Shown: piece by piece, positions 8,595 to 17,192 of the stretch
How the letters are laid out: each line of letters starts with the position of its first letter
Position numbering within the stretch: position 1 is the first letter of the stretch
Virus record (IMG/VR): IMGVR_UViG_3300037113_000024
Coordinates: 685-64,684 of that record
DNA length: 64,000 nt
Reading direction: 5' to 3' (one strand)
Source of the DNA: a virus
Taxonomy: Duplodnaviria > Caudoviricetes
Program-made: the position numbers and the translations under genes
The notes under the pieces: generated by a model
The model's input: only the letters and a program-made list of their open reading frames with translations
Database searches by the model: none
What the model was told of the DNA's origin: nothing

Positions 8595-10166
8595 ATGTTC
8601 GTTCATCAGCCGACCAAATCGCTGGTCCTCAAGGTGGAGGACCCGGCCGCGGTGATCGCCACCCTGGGGGCGACGAACGCTCGGCTGGTGAACTCCCCGG
8701 AGGCGAACCTTGCTGTCCGCCATAACGTGGACACAGTGCGCATCTTGAGGAACATGGGTATCGACGCGCCGTCCCCGATCTGGACAGACTACAACTGGCC
8801 GGGCCGGTTCAAGCCCTTCGACCACCAGTACGTGATGGCCGACGTGATGAGCGTGCACCCCCGCGTCTTCAATCTGAGCGAGATGGGGACAGCCAAGACG
8901 GCGGCGGCGCTGTGGGCGGCCGACTACCTCATGTCCGTGGGGCTGGTGAAGCGCATCGCCATCATCACGCCGCTAAGCACCATGTATTCTGTGTGGCAGG
9001 AAGAAATCTTCGGCACGCTCCTTCATCGCCGGTGCGCCGTGGTCCACGGATCGCGCGAGAAGCGGCTGAAGGCGCTGAGCCTGGACGTGGACTTCTACGT
9101 CATCAACCACCACGGCGTCGCGCTGGACGAGGTGGCCAGGGCGCTGAAGGCGCGCAAGGATATCGACCTGATCATTCTGGACGAGGCGAGCGCCTTCCGT
9201 AACCACAAGACGAATATCTATCGCTACCTCATGTGGATACTGAAGAAGCAGAGCAAGCGCTTTTGGTTGCTGACGGGAACACCCACGCCGACCGAGCCCG
9301 CCGACGCCTGGGCGCTGTGCCGCATGATCGCGCCCCAGAACGTGCCCGTGCACAAGGGCGAGTTCTGGCGACAGACCATGGTGCAGGCGAGCGAGTTCAA
9401 GGCGGTGCCGAAGAAGGGCTACGAGAAGATCGTCTACGACGCCATGCAGCCGGCCGTGCGGTTCAAGAAGAAGGACTGCCTGAACCTGCCGCCGCTGACG
9501 ATCATCCCCAAGCGCACCGGCATGTCGAAGGAGCAGAAGCGCGCCTTCAACGAGATGCAGTCCGAGATGGAGGCAGAGGTGGCGAGCGGCGTCGATATCA
9601 CGGCGGTGCACGCGGCCGATCAGATCAACAAGCTGCGCCAGATTTTGTGCGGCTCGATCCACGACAAGACGACGGGCAAGTACATCACGCTGCCGCACAC
9701 CGAGCGGTTCGTGGACTTGGTTGATACGATAAACGAGGCGCTGGCCAAGGTGATCATCATTGTTCCGTTCAAGGGCATTACCTACATGCTCGAAAAGGAA
9801 CTGACCGCGGCGAAGTTCACGGTAGCCGTCCTCAATGGCGACGTGTCGGTGGGTCAGAGACGCACTATTATAGACGACTTCAAAAATAAGGCCGACCCGC
9901 GCATCCTGCTCTGCCACCCCAAGGTCATGGCGCACGGGCTCAACCTGACTGAAGCCGACATGCTTATTTTCTACGCGCCCATATATAGCTACGACGAATA
10001 CGCGCAGGTGATCGAGCGCATCAACCGGCCTGGACAAACACGGAAAATGACGATAGTACGTATGGGCGCTCACCCTATCGAGTGGTCGATCTATCGGACA
10101 CTGGACGAGCGCGGGATGAACCAGCAGAACATCCTCGATCTGTATGCCGAAGTTACCATAAGGTGA
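8595..10166 (+). CDS. SNF2-family (SF2) helicase
   Basis: EMGTAKT, ILDEAS, LTGTP, HGLNL, QVIERINRPGQ. Confidence 0.93.
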   Translation: MFVHQPTKSLVLKVEDPAAVIATLGATNARLVNSPEANLAVRHNVDTVRILRNMGIDAPSPIWTDYNWPGRFKPFDHQYVMADVMSVHPRVFNLSEMGTAKTAAALWAADYLMSVGLVKRIAIITPLSTMYSVWQEEIFGTLLHRRCAVVHGSREKRLKALSLDVDFYVINHHGVALDEVARALKARKDIDLIILDEASAFRNHKTNIYRYLMWILKKQSKRFWLLTGTPTPTEPADAWALCRMIAPQNVPVHKGEFWRQTMVQASEFKAVPKKGYEKIVYDAMQPAVRFKKKDCLNLPPLTIIPKRTGMSKEQKRAFNEMQSEMEAEVASGVDITAVHAADQINKLRQILCGSIHDKTTGKYITLPHTERFVDLVDTINEALAKVIIIVPFKGITYMLEKELTAAKFTVAVLNGDVSVGQRRTIIDDFKNKADPRILLCHPKVMAHGLNLTEADMLIFYAPIYSYDEYAQVIERINRPGQTRKMTIVRMGAHPIEWSIYRTLDERGMNQQNILDLYAEVTIR

Positions 10167-10169
10167 AAC

Positions 10170-10562
10170 ATGGGTGACGTCACATGGGAGAGGATGATCA
10201 GCGCCTACATCAAAATGCGCGATGCGCGCCACGCGCTGAAGGCCGAGTACGAGAAGAAGGACAAGGAGCTTAGGGACAACCAAGAGCAGCTTGAGGATTT
10301 CATGCTCGGGCAGATGAACACGAGCGGCGTCACCAGCCTGAGGACGCCGCACGGGACGGCCTACCGCACAGAAACAATGGTCCCTACGGGGTCCGACTGG
10401 ACAGCGTTCTATGCGTGGGTCAAGCAGACCAATGGTTTCGACTTTCTCTTTCGCCGCATCAAGGCTGACGCGGTGAAGGATTACATGGATCAGCACGACG
10501 GGGAGGTGCCGCCCGGCGTCGCTGTTTACTCCAAGCTCGGCGTCACTATCAGAAGGAAGTAA
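10170..10562 (+). CDS. Conserved phage replication-region protein
   Basis: YIKMRD...SLRTPHGT...DWTAFYAWV...VPPGV pattern common beside phage helicases. Confidence 0.75.
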   Translation: MGDVTWERMISAYIKMRDARHALKAEYEKKDKELRDNQEQLEDFMLGQMNTSGVTSLRTPHGTAYRTETMVPTGSDWTAFYAWVKQTNGFDFLFRRIKADAVKDYMDQHDGEVPPGVAVYSKLGVTIRRK

Positions 10563-10563
10563 C

Positions 10564-11808
10564 ATGGCCGACCAACTGCCTGCAATCTTCAAACAGAGCG
10601 CCAACCTGCCGGCGCATCTAATGGACGATACCGAGAAGAACATCATCGCTCGCGCGAGCGTCAACGCCTTGACCTTTGAGGGCAAGGTCTGGGCGATCTC
10701 GCTCGACGGCAAGAAGACGAAGCTCATGAGGACGGACGCGGACGGCGAGGAACAGCCCGTCCAAATCTTCACGGGCGTCTTGCTGGACTACAACAAGGCG
10801 CGCGGGCGCTCGTTCTACACGGGTCCGTACGATCCGAAGAACCCGCGCATCCCCGACTGCTGGTCGGAAGACGGCGTTCGCCCGCACGAGAACGTGCCGA
10901 GCGAGACGAAGCAGAGCACCACCTGCGCCGCCTGCCTGAACAGCAAGAAGGGATCGAGCCAGAACGACGACGGCAAGTCCACCACGGCCTGCTCGCAGTT
11001 CAAGAAGCTCGCAATCGTCCCCATGCAGAAGCTCGGGCAGTTCCCGCCCCTGCGCCTGACGATCAAGATCACGAGCATCTACGACAAGTCCGGCGCCGAT
11101 AGCCACCCTGGTTGGTACGCATGGGACCAATACATCGACCTGCTCGTGAGCAACAACGTTCCCCACACCGCGAAGCTGCCCACCAAGATCAAGTTCGACC
11201 CGTCCACCAGCTACCCCAAGCTGCTGTTCGCGCCGGGCAAGGATTGGTTGACGGACGAGCAGTGGGATATCGTGAAGCCCCTCGCGGCGAGCGATGAAAC
11301 CAAGGCGCTGCTGGCCGACAGCTTCAGCCCCGTTGCGGACAAGACGGGCACCAAGCCCCTCCCCGAGGACGAGGAAGAGACTGAACTGCCGGTGGCCCCG
11401 ATCCCGGCCCAGGCGAGGGCACCCAAGGCCGCGAAGGCTCCCCCGGCCCCGGCGGCTGAGGAAGACGAAGAAGAGGCTCCCCCGGCCCCGCCGGCCAAGC
11501 CCAAGGCCACGAAGGTTCCCCCGGTCGCCCCGCCGGCCGAGGAAGAGGAAGAGGAACCCGACGCCGAGCAGATCGCCGCCGCCAAGCGCGCGGAGGCCGC
11601 TGCGAAGGCGCAGGAGACGGCCAACAAGGTGGTGGCCAAGGCCGCCAAGAAGGCCGCCGCCCCGCCGCCGGTGGAGGAAGATGAGGGTGACGAGCCCCCG
11701 GCTGCGCCGGTCAAGCCCAAGGCGGGCGGCGCGAAGGCCACCCCCGCGAAGGCTCCGGTTGCCGCCCCGGCGGCCATCGGCGGCCTGCTGGACGACTGGG
11801 ACGAATAA
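10564..11808 (+). CDS. Putative ssDNA-binding/annealing protein with Pro/Ala/Glu-rich tail
   Basis: PDCWSEDG, CAAC, AC motifs; low-complexity tail ending LLDDWDE; function inferred from context. Confidence 0.65.
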   Translation: MADQLPAIFKQSANLPAHLMDDTEKNIIARASVNALTFEGKVWAISLDGKKTKLMRTDADGEEQPVQIFTGVLLDYNKARGRSFYTGPYDPKNPRIPDCWSEDGVRPHENVPSETKQSTTCAACLNSKKGSSQNDDGKSTTACSQFKKLAIVPMQKLGQFPPLRLTIKITSIYDKSGADSHPGWYAWDQYIDLLVSNNVPHTAKLPTKIKFDPSTSYPKLLFAPGKDWLTDEQWDIVKPLAASDETKALLADSFSPVADKTGTKPLPEDEEETELPVAPIPAQARAPKAAKAPPAPAAEEDEEEAPPAPPAKPKATKVPPVAPPAEEEEEEPDAEQIAAAKRAEAAAKAQETANKVVAKAAKKAAAPPPVEEDEGDEPPAAPVKPKAGGAKATPAKAPVAAPAAIGGLLDDWDE

Positions 11809-11814
11809 GTCCTT

Positions 11815-11842
11815 TTGACGCAACCCTGAACTGAGCTATCTT
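11815..11842 (+). promoter_or_regulatory. Possible housekeeping-sigma promoter
   Basis: TTGACG-16-TATCTT with GC before -10, resembling the alphaproteobacterial consensus. Confidence 0.4.
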
Positions 11843-11871
11843 GCGCCCTCGCCCCAAACGAGGGCGCAAGA
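11839..11871 (+). terminator. 13-bp stem-loop
   Basis: TCTTGCGCCCTCG-ccccaaa-CGAGGGCGCAAGA, short T tract. Confidence 0.55.
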
Positions 11872-11889
11872 CTTTAGGGGCACCCGACC

Positions 11890-12273
11890 ATGCCAACCAC
11901 TACATTTAGTCATGAAGAGTACGCTCGCGTATTAGAGAACGCTTTCAAGATCATTCGTCACGACCTGCCCGATGTGGCCGACGATACTTTCAGGGAGATG
12001 GCCAAGCTTGGTACGTTGAAGGGCGGCGAGTACGCTCATGGCGACGACAGGCTCGACAACTTCCGGCGCAACGGCGAGGCCCTGGGCCTCCCCATGGAGG
12101 TCGTCTGGGCCGTCTATGCGGCAAAACATTGGGACGCCGTTACTCAGTACGTATCGGACCTTAACAAGGGCATCAAGCGCGAACGGCTTGAAGGCATCCG
12201 CGGGCGCATTGACGATCTCTTGGTCTATCTCGTCCTGTTCAAGTGCATGGTGATCGAGCGCGAGCGGGAGTAG
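11890..12273 (+). CDS. All-alpha MazG-fold / nucleotide-modification-associated (DUF1599-like) protein
   Basis: KGGEYA...DRLDNF...KHWDA...RIDDLLVYLVL pattern. Confidence 0.6.
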   Translation: MPTTTFSHEEYARVLENAFKIIRHDLPDVADDTFREMAKLGTLKGGEYAHGDDRLDNFRRNGEALGLPMEVVWAVYAAKHWDAVTQYVSDLNKGIKRERLEGIRGRIDDLLVYLVLFKCMVIERERE

Positions 12274-12279
12274 CGTTCG

Positions 12280-15111
12280 ATGAACAGTAAGGACTTCCTC
12301 AAGCTGGTCTGGCCGGACCAGGGGTTTTACTGCGTCGCCACCCCTAACGCTACACGCACCGGCTACCGGCATTATGTCTTCGTCACCTTGGATGACGCCT
12401 ACTCGCACGCTCGTTCGCTCTACAATCAGTTCGACGTGTACTTCGGCGTTCATGCTCACATCAACCAATTCGAGTACAACCAACGCTATAACCGCAACAC
12501 GCCGTGCCGCAAGAAGCACAACATGCGCGCGGCGCGGTGCCTGTTCCTCGATCTGGACGTGGGCAAGGGGACGAAGGAGAAGCCGAAGTATCCCACCCAG
12601 GCCGCCGCGCTCGCCGCGCTGGCCAAGCTCATCTTCCAGACGAACCTACCCGAGCCCGTCGTTGTCTCATCGGGCAACGGCGTGCACGTCTATTGGCCGT
12701 TCGAGGATGAGGTGCCGTCCGAGGATTGGAGGCAGCACGCCGCCAATCTGAGGCTGCTGCTCGACAAGCACGGCATGCTCTACGACCCCTCGCGCACGAC
12801 CGACATTACCAGCGTGCTGCGGGTGCCGGCGACGCTCAACCACAAGGACCCGGCTAACCTCAAGAAGGTGGAGATATTGTTCACGGGCGAGAAGTTCCCT
12901 TCCGTGAACACCACCCTGTTCGGCATGCTCGCGCTTCAGACCGCGGGCCTGCAACGGCTGCGCACACCGACGCAGGGCATGGCCAAGGACATGTCGAACA
13001 TCACGCCGGGTCTGTTGGGCTTCCCGCCCACTGACGCGGACGACGTGGCCGCCGAGTGCGAACAGATGAGGATATTCCGTGACACGAAAGGAAACATACC
13101 GGAACATCATTGGTACGCCGGCCTGGGCATCCTAGGGTTTTGCACCAACGGTGCACAGGTTGCGCACCAGTGGTCCTCAGGGCACCCGAACTACTCGGCG
13201 CAGGAAACCGACAATAAGCTTGCACAGTGGAAAGCGAACGGATCGGTCACCTCCTGCGCCAAGCTCGGCGCTGACGGCGCGCCGAATGTCTGTGCCCGGT
13301 GCCCGCACTTCGGCGGCCCGTACAAGAACCCCATCGTCATCGTCAACAAGAAGCCCCTGACGCAGGCGTTCGTGGCCGCGACTTCCACGATGCAGCCTGC
13401 TCCCACGATCCTGCCGCCCCACCCCTACAGCCGGCTCGCCGGCATGGGCGTGGTCAAGGACACGGGCGTGGGCGCACCTGCGGTGGTCATGAAGGACGTA
13501 GACTTGTATCCGATCGCCACCGCTTCAGGCGTGATCAACGGCCTCAAGATCAACAACGGAGTATCAACCTGGGTGGCTCGCGAGCACAACGTCACGCAGC
13601 AAACGTTATCAATTCAGTTCGATGTGCCCAACGAACTGCTCAGCGACCCGAAGGCCATGAGCGTGCACTTCGCCGCGCACGGCCTCTACCACCCTGCAAC
13701 AGTTGAAGTGGTTCGCTACATGAGCGCGTATCTCAAAGAGCTAAAGCGTCACGTCGGCATGACGGTGCAGCACCCGCATATCGGCTGGAAGGGCAAGGAC
13801 GATCTGTCCGAGTTCGTCCTGGCCGGCAAGGTCATCGACCCCAAGGGCGACGTGCACGAGTGCACCATGGCCCCGTCAACCAAGATCGCCACGGACGGTA
13901 TGGGGACCGGCGGCACGCTGCCGCATCAGGTCGCCGCGCTGTCGTTCTACAACCACCCGGCCTACTCGGCGTCGAAGTTCATGTTCCTGGCCTCACTGTC
14001 CTCGCCGCTGTTCATGGCGACCGGCCACCACGGCGTTGTCATCAACGCGAGCGGTGATAGCTCGGCCGGCAAGAGCACGGCCCTGCGCGCGGCTGCGGCG
14101 GTGTGGGGCGACCCTGACAAGTTCGTCGTCAACGGCACAGCCCGCGGCATGTCGGCAATGGCCAGGGACCTTCGTATGACGGTCATGGGCAACCTGCCCA
14201 CCATGATTGACGAAATAACGCACATGGACCCCGACGACGCGCGAGCCACGGTCATGAGCGTGTCGCAGAACCAGTTACGCACGACGCTCACTTCAGGCCG
14301 CGAGGTGCGCGAGAAGCCCACCGGGTTCCGCTCCGCGCCCCTCCTGTCCACCGGCAACTCGGACCTGCATCAGACCATCGGTATCGACAACAAGGCCGCC
14401 GGCACCGCGGGCTCAGCGCGCATCCTGCAACTGCCGTTCGATCTCGCCGCGCCGCATACGAAGGATCAGATCGACGCCTTCAACCACAACCTGTCCGCGA
14501 ACTTTGGGTGGATCGGGGCCTACATCCTGAGCAAGGCCATGCCCTGCATGCCGCTGCTGTTCGAGAGCGTGCAGGAGATGGTGAGGCAGATCAACCAAGA
14601 CACACTGGCGAAGGGCGTCGAGCGCTTCACGGTCGCGGCGGCTGCGCCGGTGTTCGTGATGGGCGCGTTCGCCGCCTACCACGGCATCATCGAATGGGAC
14701 ATTGACGAGCTATATCACTGGTTCCTGACCGTGCAGCACCCGGCGCTGCGAGCGCAGATGACTTCCCAGGCGCAGGCTGTCGCGCCCGACAACGTGATCC
14801 GCGAGTTCCTGAGCGCCAACGTCAACGACACCGTTGAGACTGACGAGCACGACCCGAGCAATCTGCCCATGCCCATGGTGCGCAACAGGGTCGTGGTGCA
14901 TGTGCGGCGCGAGATTAACGAGGTGTGGGTCAGCCAGGATGAGCTTAAGGACTGGTGCAGCGCGAAGGGCATCCCCTACGAGAGCATGATCGTAGACCTG
15001 AAGAAGGGTGGCCTTATACTGAAAACCAATGCTCGTAAGTACATGGGGCAAGGCACGAAGTATCAACTCGCGCGTAACCGCGTGGTCGTCCTCGCCAAGG
15101 ACAAGCTCTGA
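12280..15111 (+). CDS. Primase-helicase (AEP/RepB-like primase, PriCT, DUF927 helicase)
   Basis: FLDLD, SSGNGVHVYW, VLRVPATLNHK, Cys cluster CAK...CARC, Walker A GDSSAGKST, IDE. Confidence 0.9.
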   Translation: MNSKDFLKLVWPDQGFYCVATPNATRTGYRHYVFVTLDDAYSHARSLYNQFDVYFGVHAHINQFEYNQRYNRNTPCRKKHNMRAARCLFLDLDVGKGTKEKPKYPTQAAALAALAKLIFQTNLPEPVVVSSGNGVHVYWPFEDEVPSEDWRQHAANLRLLLDKHGMLYDPSRTTDITSVLRVPATLNHKDPANLKKVEILFTGEKFPSVNTTLFGMLALQTAGLQRLRTPTQGMAKDMSNITPGLLGFPPTDADDVAAECEQMRIFRDTKGNIPEHHWYAGLGILGFCTNGAQVAHQWSSGHPNYSAQETDNKLAQWKANGSVTSCAKLGADGAPNVCARCPHFGGPYKNPIVIVNKKPLTQAFVAATSTMQPAPTILPPHPYSRLAGMGVVKDTGVGAPAVVMKDVDLYPIATASGVINGLKINNGVSTWVAREHNVTQQTLSIQFDVPNELLSDPKAMSVHFAAHGLYHPATVEVVRYMSAYLKELKRHVGMTVQHPHIGWKGKDDLSEFVLAGKVIDPKGDVHECTMAPSTKIATDGMGTGGTLPHQVAALSFYNHPAYSASKFMFLASLSSPLFMATGHHGVVINASGDSSAGKSTALRAAAAVWGDPDKFVVNGTARGMSAMARDLRMTVMGNLPTMIDEITHMDPDDARATVMSVSQNQLRTTLTSGREVREKPTGFRSAPLLSTGNSDLHQTIGIDNKAAGTAGSARILQLPFDLAAPHTKDQIDAFNHNLSANFGWIGAYILSKAMPCMPLLFESVQEMVRQINQDTLAKGVERFTVAAAAPVFVMGAFAAYHGIIEWDIDELYHWFLTVQHPALRAQMTSQAQAVAPDNVIREFLSANVNDTVETDEHDPSNLPMPMVRNRVVVHVRREINEVWVSQDELKDWCSAKGIPYESMIVDLKKGGLILKTNARKYMGQGTKYQLARNRVVVLAKDKL

Positions 15112-15119
15112 AATTGGAA

Positions 15120-15149
15120 GGGCGGCACCTCGGGGGAAGTGCCGCCCTA
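15120..15149. terminator. Stem-loop at the convergence of replication and structural arms
   Basis: GGGCGGCAC-ctcgggggaa-GTGCCGCCC. Confidence 0.7.
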
Positions 15150-15192
15150 ACGCTATCGAGTGGCCGCGAGGCCGGTCAAGCGTTCGAGTGTC

Positions 15193-15381
15193 TTACGGGT
15201 CGGGGTTCGGCGCGTCAAGCGGCGCAGGAGCCGGCGCAGGAGCCGGCGCAGGCGCAGGAGCCGGCGAGGTAGTGTTCGCCTCCTTTTGCCCGCCGTCCTG
15301 CTCCTTGGTCACCGTACCGGGCAGAGCGCCCGTCTTGGTGGGTTCGAGATGGCGACCGTGAGTGTGCTTGTGCTCGGACAT
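15193..15381 (-). CDS. Small Pro/Ala-repeat protein
   Basis: AAGGAG RBS; (PA)n tract encoded by 12-bp repeats. Confidence 0.65.
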   Translation of the reverse strand: MSEHKHTHGRHLEPTKTGALPGTVTKEQDGGQKEANTTSPAPAPAPAPAPAPAPLDAPNPDP

Positions 15382-15390
15382 GTTCGCTCC

Positions 15391-15807
15391 TTACGCGGTG
15401 CCCGTGCCCTGCGCGGTGGTCTGCGCCGGGGCGGGGGTGGGGGCCTGGGCGGGGGTCGCCGGGGCGGGAGTGGGGGCCTGGGCGGGGGTCGCCGCGCCGC
15501 CGGTGTTCTGCGCGGGGGCGGGGGCCGGGGCGGAAGCGTTGGCGACCGCGAGGTTGAACTGGGCGGTGTTCGCCTTCAACTGCTGCGCCAGCGTCTCGAT
15601 ATCGCCGTCCGCGTCGCCGAGAGCCACGGACGCAAGCTGCGCCGCGTCGGCCGCGATCTGCTTCGCCGCTGTCGTCATCGCGGCGGCATTGTCGATGATT
15701 GCCTGCTTCAGGTCGTCTTCGCCACTCATGATATTCTCCAACAGTTGGGTCTGACGGCGCAGCGTTCCTTCGATGCGCGTCAAGGCGTTGCGTATGTCGC
15801 CTTCCAT
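15391..15807 (-). CDS. Coiled-coil protein with Pro/Ala/Thr tail
   Basis: AGGAG RBS; duplicated ATPAQAPTPAP. Confidence 0.7.
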   Translation of the reverse strand: MEGDIRNALTRIEGTLRRQTQLLENIMSGEDDLKQAIIDNAAAMTTAAKQIAADAAQLASVALGDADGDIETLAQQLKANTAQFNLAVANASAPAPAPAQNTGGAATPAQAPTPAPATPAQAPTPAPAQTTAQGTGTA

Positions 15808-15821
15808 AACGCTCTCCTAGC

Positions 15822-17180
15822 CTACTTGGCCCCGGCCTTCGCCGCAACTTTCTGTGGCAGACCTTTCGCCCCAGGCTTGGGTGCAGCCTTCTTCGGCGGC
15901 GGCATGCCGCGTCCAGGGGTACGTGCAGGCCCCATCGTACCATTGGGGCTAGGTGGCGTTGCGGGCGGCATGCCTTGAGCGGCCATCTTCTGAGCACCCA
16001 AGGAGTTGAGCATAGCGATTGCGCCGCGGCCCATGTGCTGCGCCGCGCCTGCGTTCAGGACCGCCTCCTGCGGGGCGAGCGTCGCCGGCACGCTGTCCAC
16101 GTTCGGCGGACCCTTGCCGGGCACCTTGGCCGTCCCGCCCTTGGCGTTGATCGTCGTCGCGCCGCCGGCCGCCTTCACGCCCATGCCCAGTTGCTTGCGC
16201 AAGTCTTGGTTCGGCGTGGGCGACCCCCAGGTGCCGTTGGTGATGGTCTGGCCGGGGCCGGGACCGGCCGGCGTGGGCGAGGTGGGCTGAGGCTGCACGT
16301 TGGTCGCGCCGCCGGCCGCCTTCACCATGCCCAGGCCGCGCCGTAGGGACTGGTTCTGGCCGTTGGGGTTGGGCGTGTTGCCGCTGAGGTCCGCGGGGTT
16401 CCACGAGCCGTTGGTGACCGTCTGACCCGGTGCTGGCGCGGGCGGCTGCACCACAACAGTAGTGGCCCCGCCAGCCGCGTGAAGCGCCTGCATGGCGTGC
16501 GCGACGACATGGGCCAGGGGATGCACCCCAGGCGGGGGCATGGGCGACGGTGGGGCGGCCTGAGGCTGTTTCATGTGGGCTCCTTGGGGTGGGACACTCG
16601 GTGTGCCTGCGGCGAAGTGGTAGCCCTGCGCCGCGCGCTGCCGCTTGGCGTTCAACACCTCAGGGCTATCGGTGACGCTTGCGTTGTTGTCGTCCACGGG
16701 GCTCATGGTGGTCATCGACGTGCCCTGGATGTTGATCCCGTTGGGGTCGCCACCAGGGTTCTGAAGCGTCGAGCCACCCAGGCCGTAGCCCTTGTTCGAC
16801 AGCCCCGTGTAAAGCTGGTGCTGGACGAACGGGTGGACCGGCTCGTTATCCCAGTCGAGATGGCGCGACTGCGCGCCGTAGTAGCCGGCCTCCGCGCCCG
16901 AAAGGTTGCTCTGCGCGCCGTAGTAGCCGGTCTGCGCCTGGGCGAGCGGGATCTCTCCCTGGTAGGTGTGGGCGATACTGGCGTCGGCCAGGGGCATGAC
17001 CGACTTGCCCTGCTGCGTGGTGGCGTAGGTCTGCGCGCCGCGCAACGCGATCTCGGACGGCGTGAGAGCCCCGATCTGCTGAGCCTGCGCCTGTTCGAGC
17101 GCGCCCCGATCCGAAGCCTCCTGCTGCATAATGTCGTACTTGCGATTGATCAGATCGCTGAAGCCAGCGGGTGCGGGCAT
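15822..17180 (-). CDS. Low-complexity putative internal virion protein
   Basis: AAGGAG RBS; repeats AQTGYYGAQS and KAAGGAT; VPGKG...DSVPATLAPQEAVLN motif. Confidence 0.7.
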   Translation of the reverse strand: MPAPAGFSDLINRKYDIMQQEASDRGALEQAQAQQIGALTPSEIALRGAQTYATTQQGKSVMPLADASIAHTYQGEIPLAQAQTGYYGAQSNLSGAEAGYYGAQSRHLDWDNEPVHPFVQHQLYTGLSNKGYGLGGSTLQNPGGDPNGINIQGTSMTTMSPVDDNNASVTDSPEVLNAKRQRAAQGYHFAAGTPSVPPQGAHMKQPQAAPPSPMPPPGVHPLAHVVAHAMQALHAAGGATTVVVQPPAPAPGQTVTNGSWNPADLSGNTPNPNGQNQSLRRGLGMVKAAGGATNVQPQPTSPTPAGPGPGQTITNGTWGSPTPNQDLRKQLGMGVKAAGGATTINAKGGTAKVPGKGPPNVDSVPATLAPQEAVLNAGAAQHMGRGAIAMLNSLGAQKMAAQGMPPATPPSPNGTMGPARTPGRGMPPPKKAAPKPGAKGLPQKVAAKAGAK

Positions 17181-17192
17181 AATGGTTTCTCC

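Noticed and set aside
8973-11823. Long antisense ORFs (599 aa, 401 aa; similarly 17295-19067, 33558-37373, 46101-47327)
   Set aside because: Shadow frames of high-GC3 genes with no motifs or RBS
15221-15530. 12-bp and 36-bp DNA repeats as regulatory elements
   Set aside because: Explained by Pro-Ala repeats in the encoded proteins
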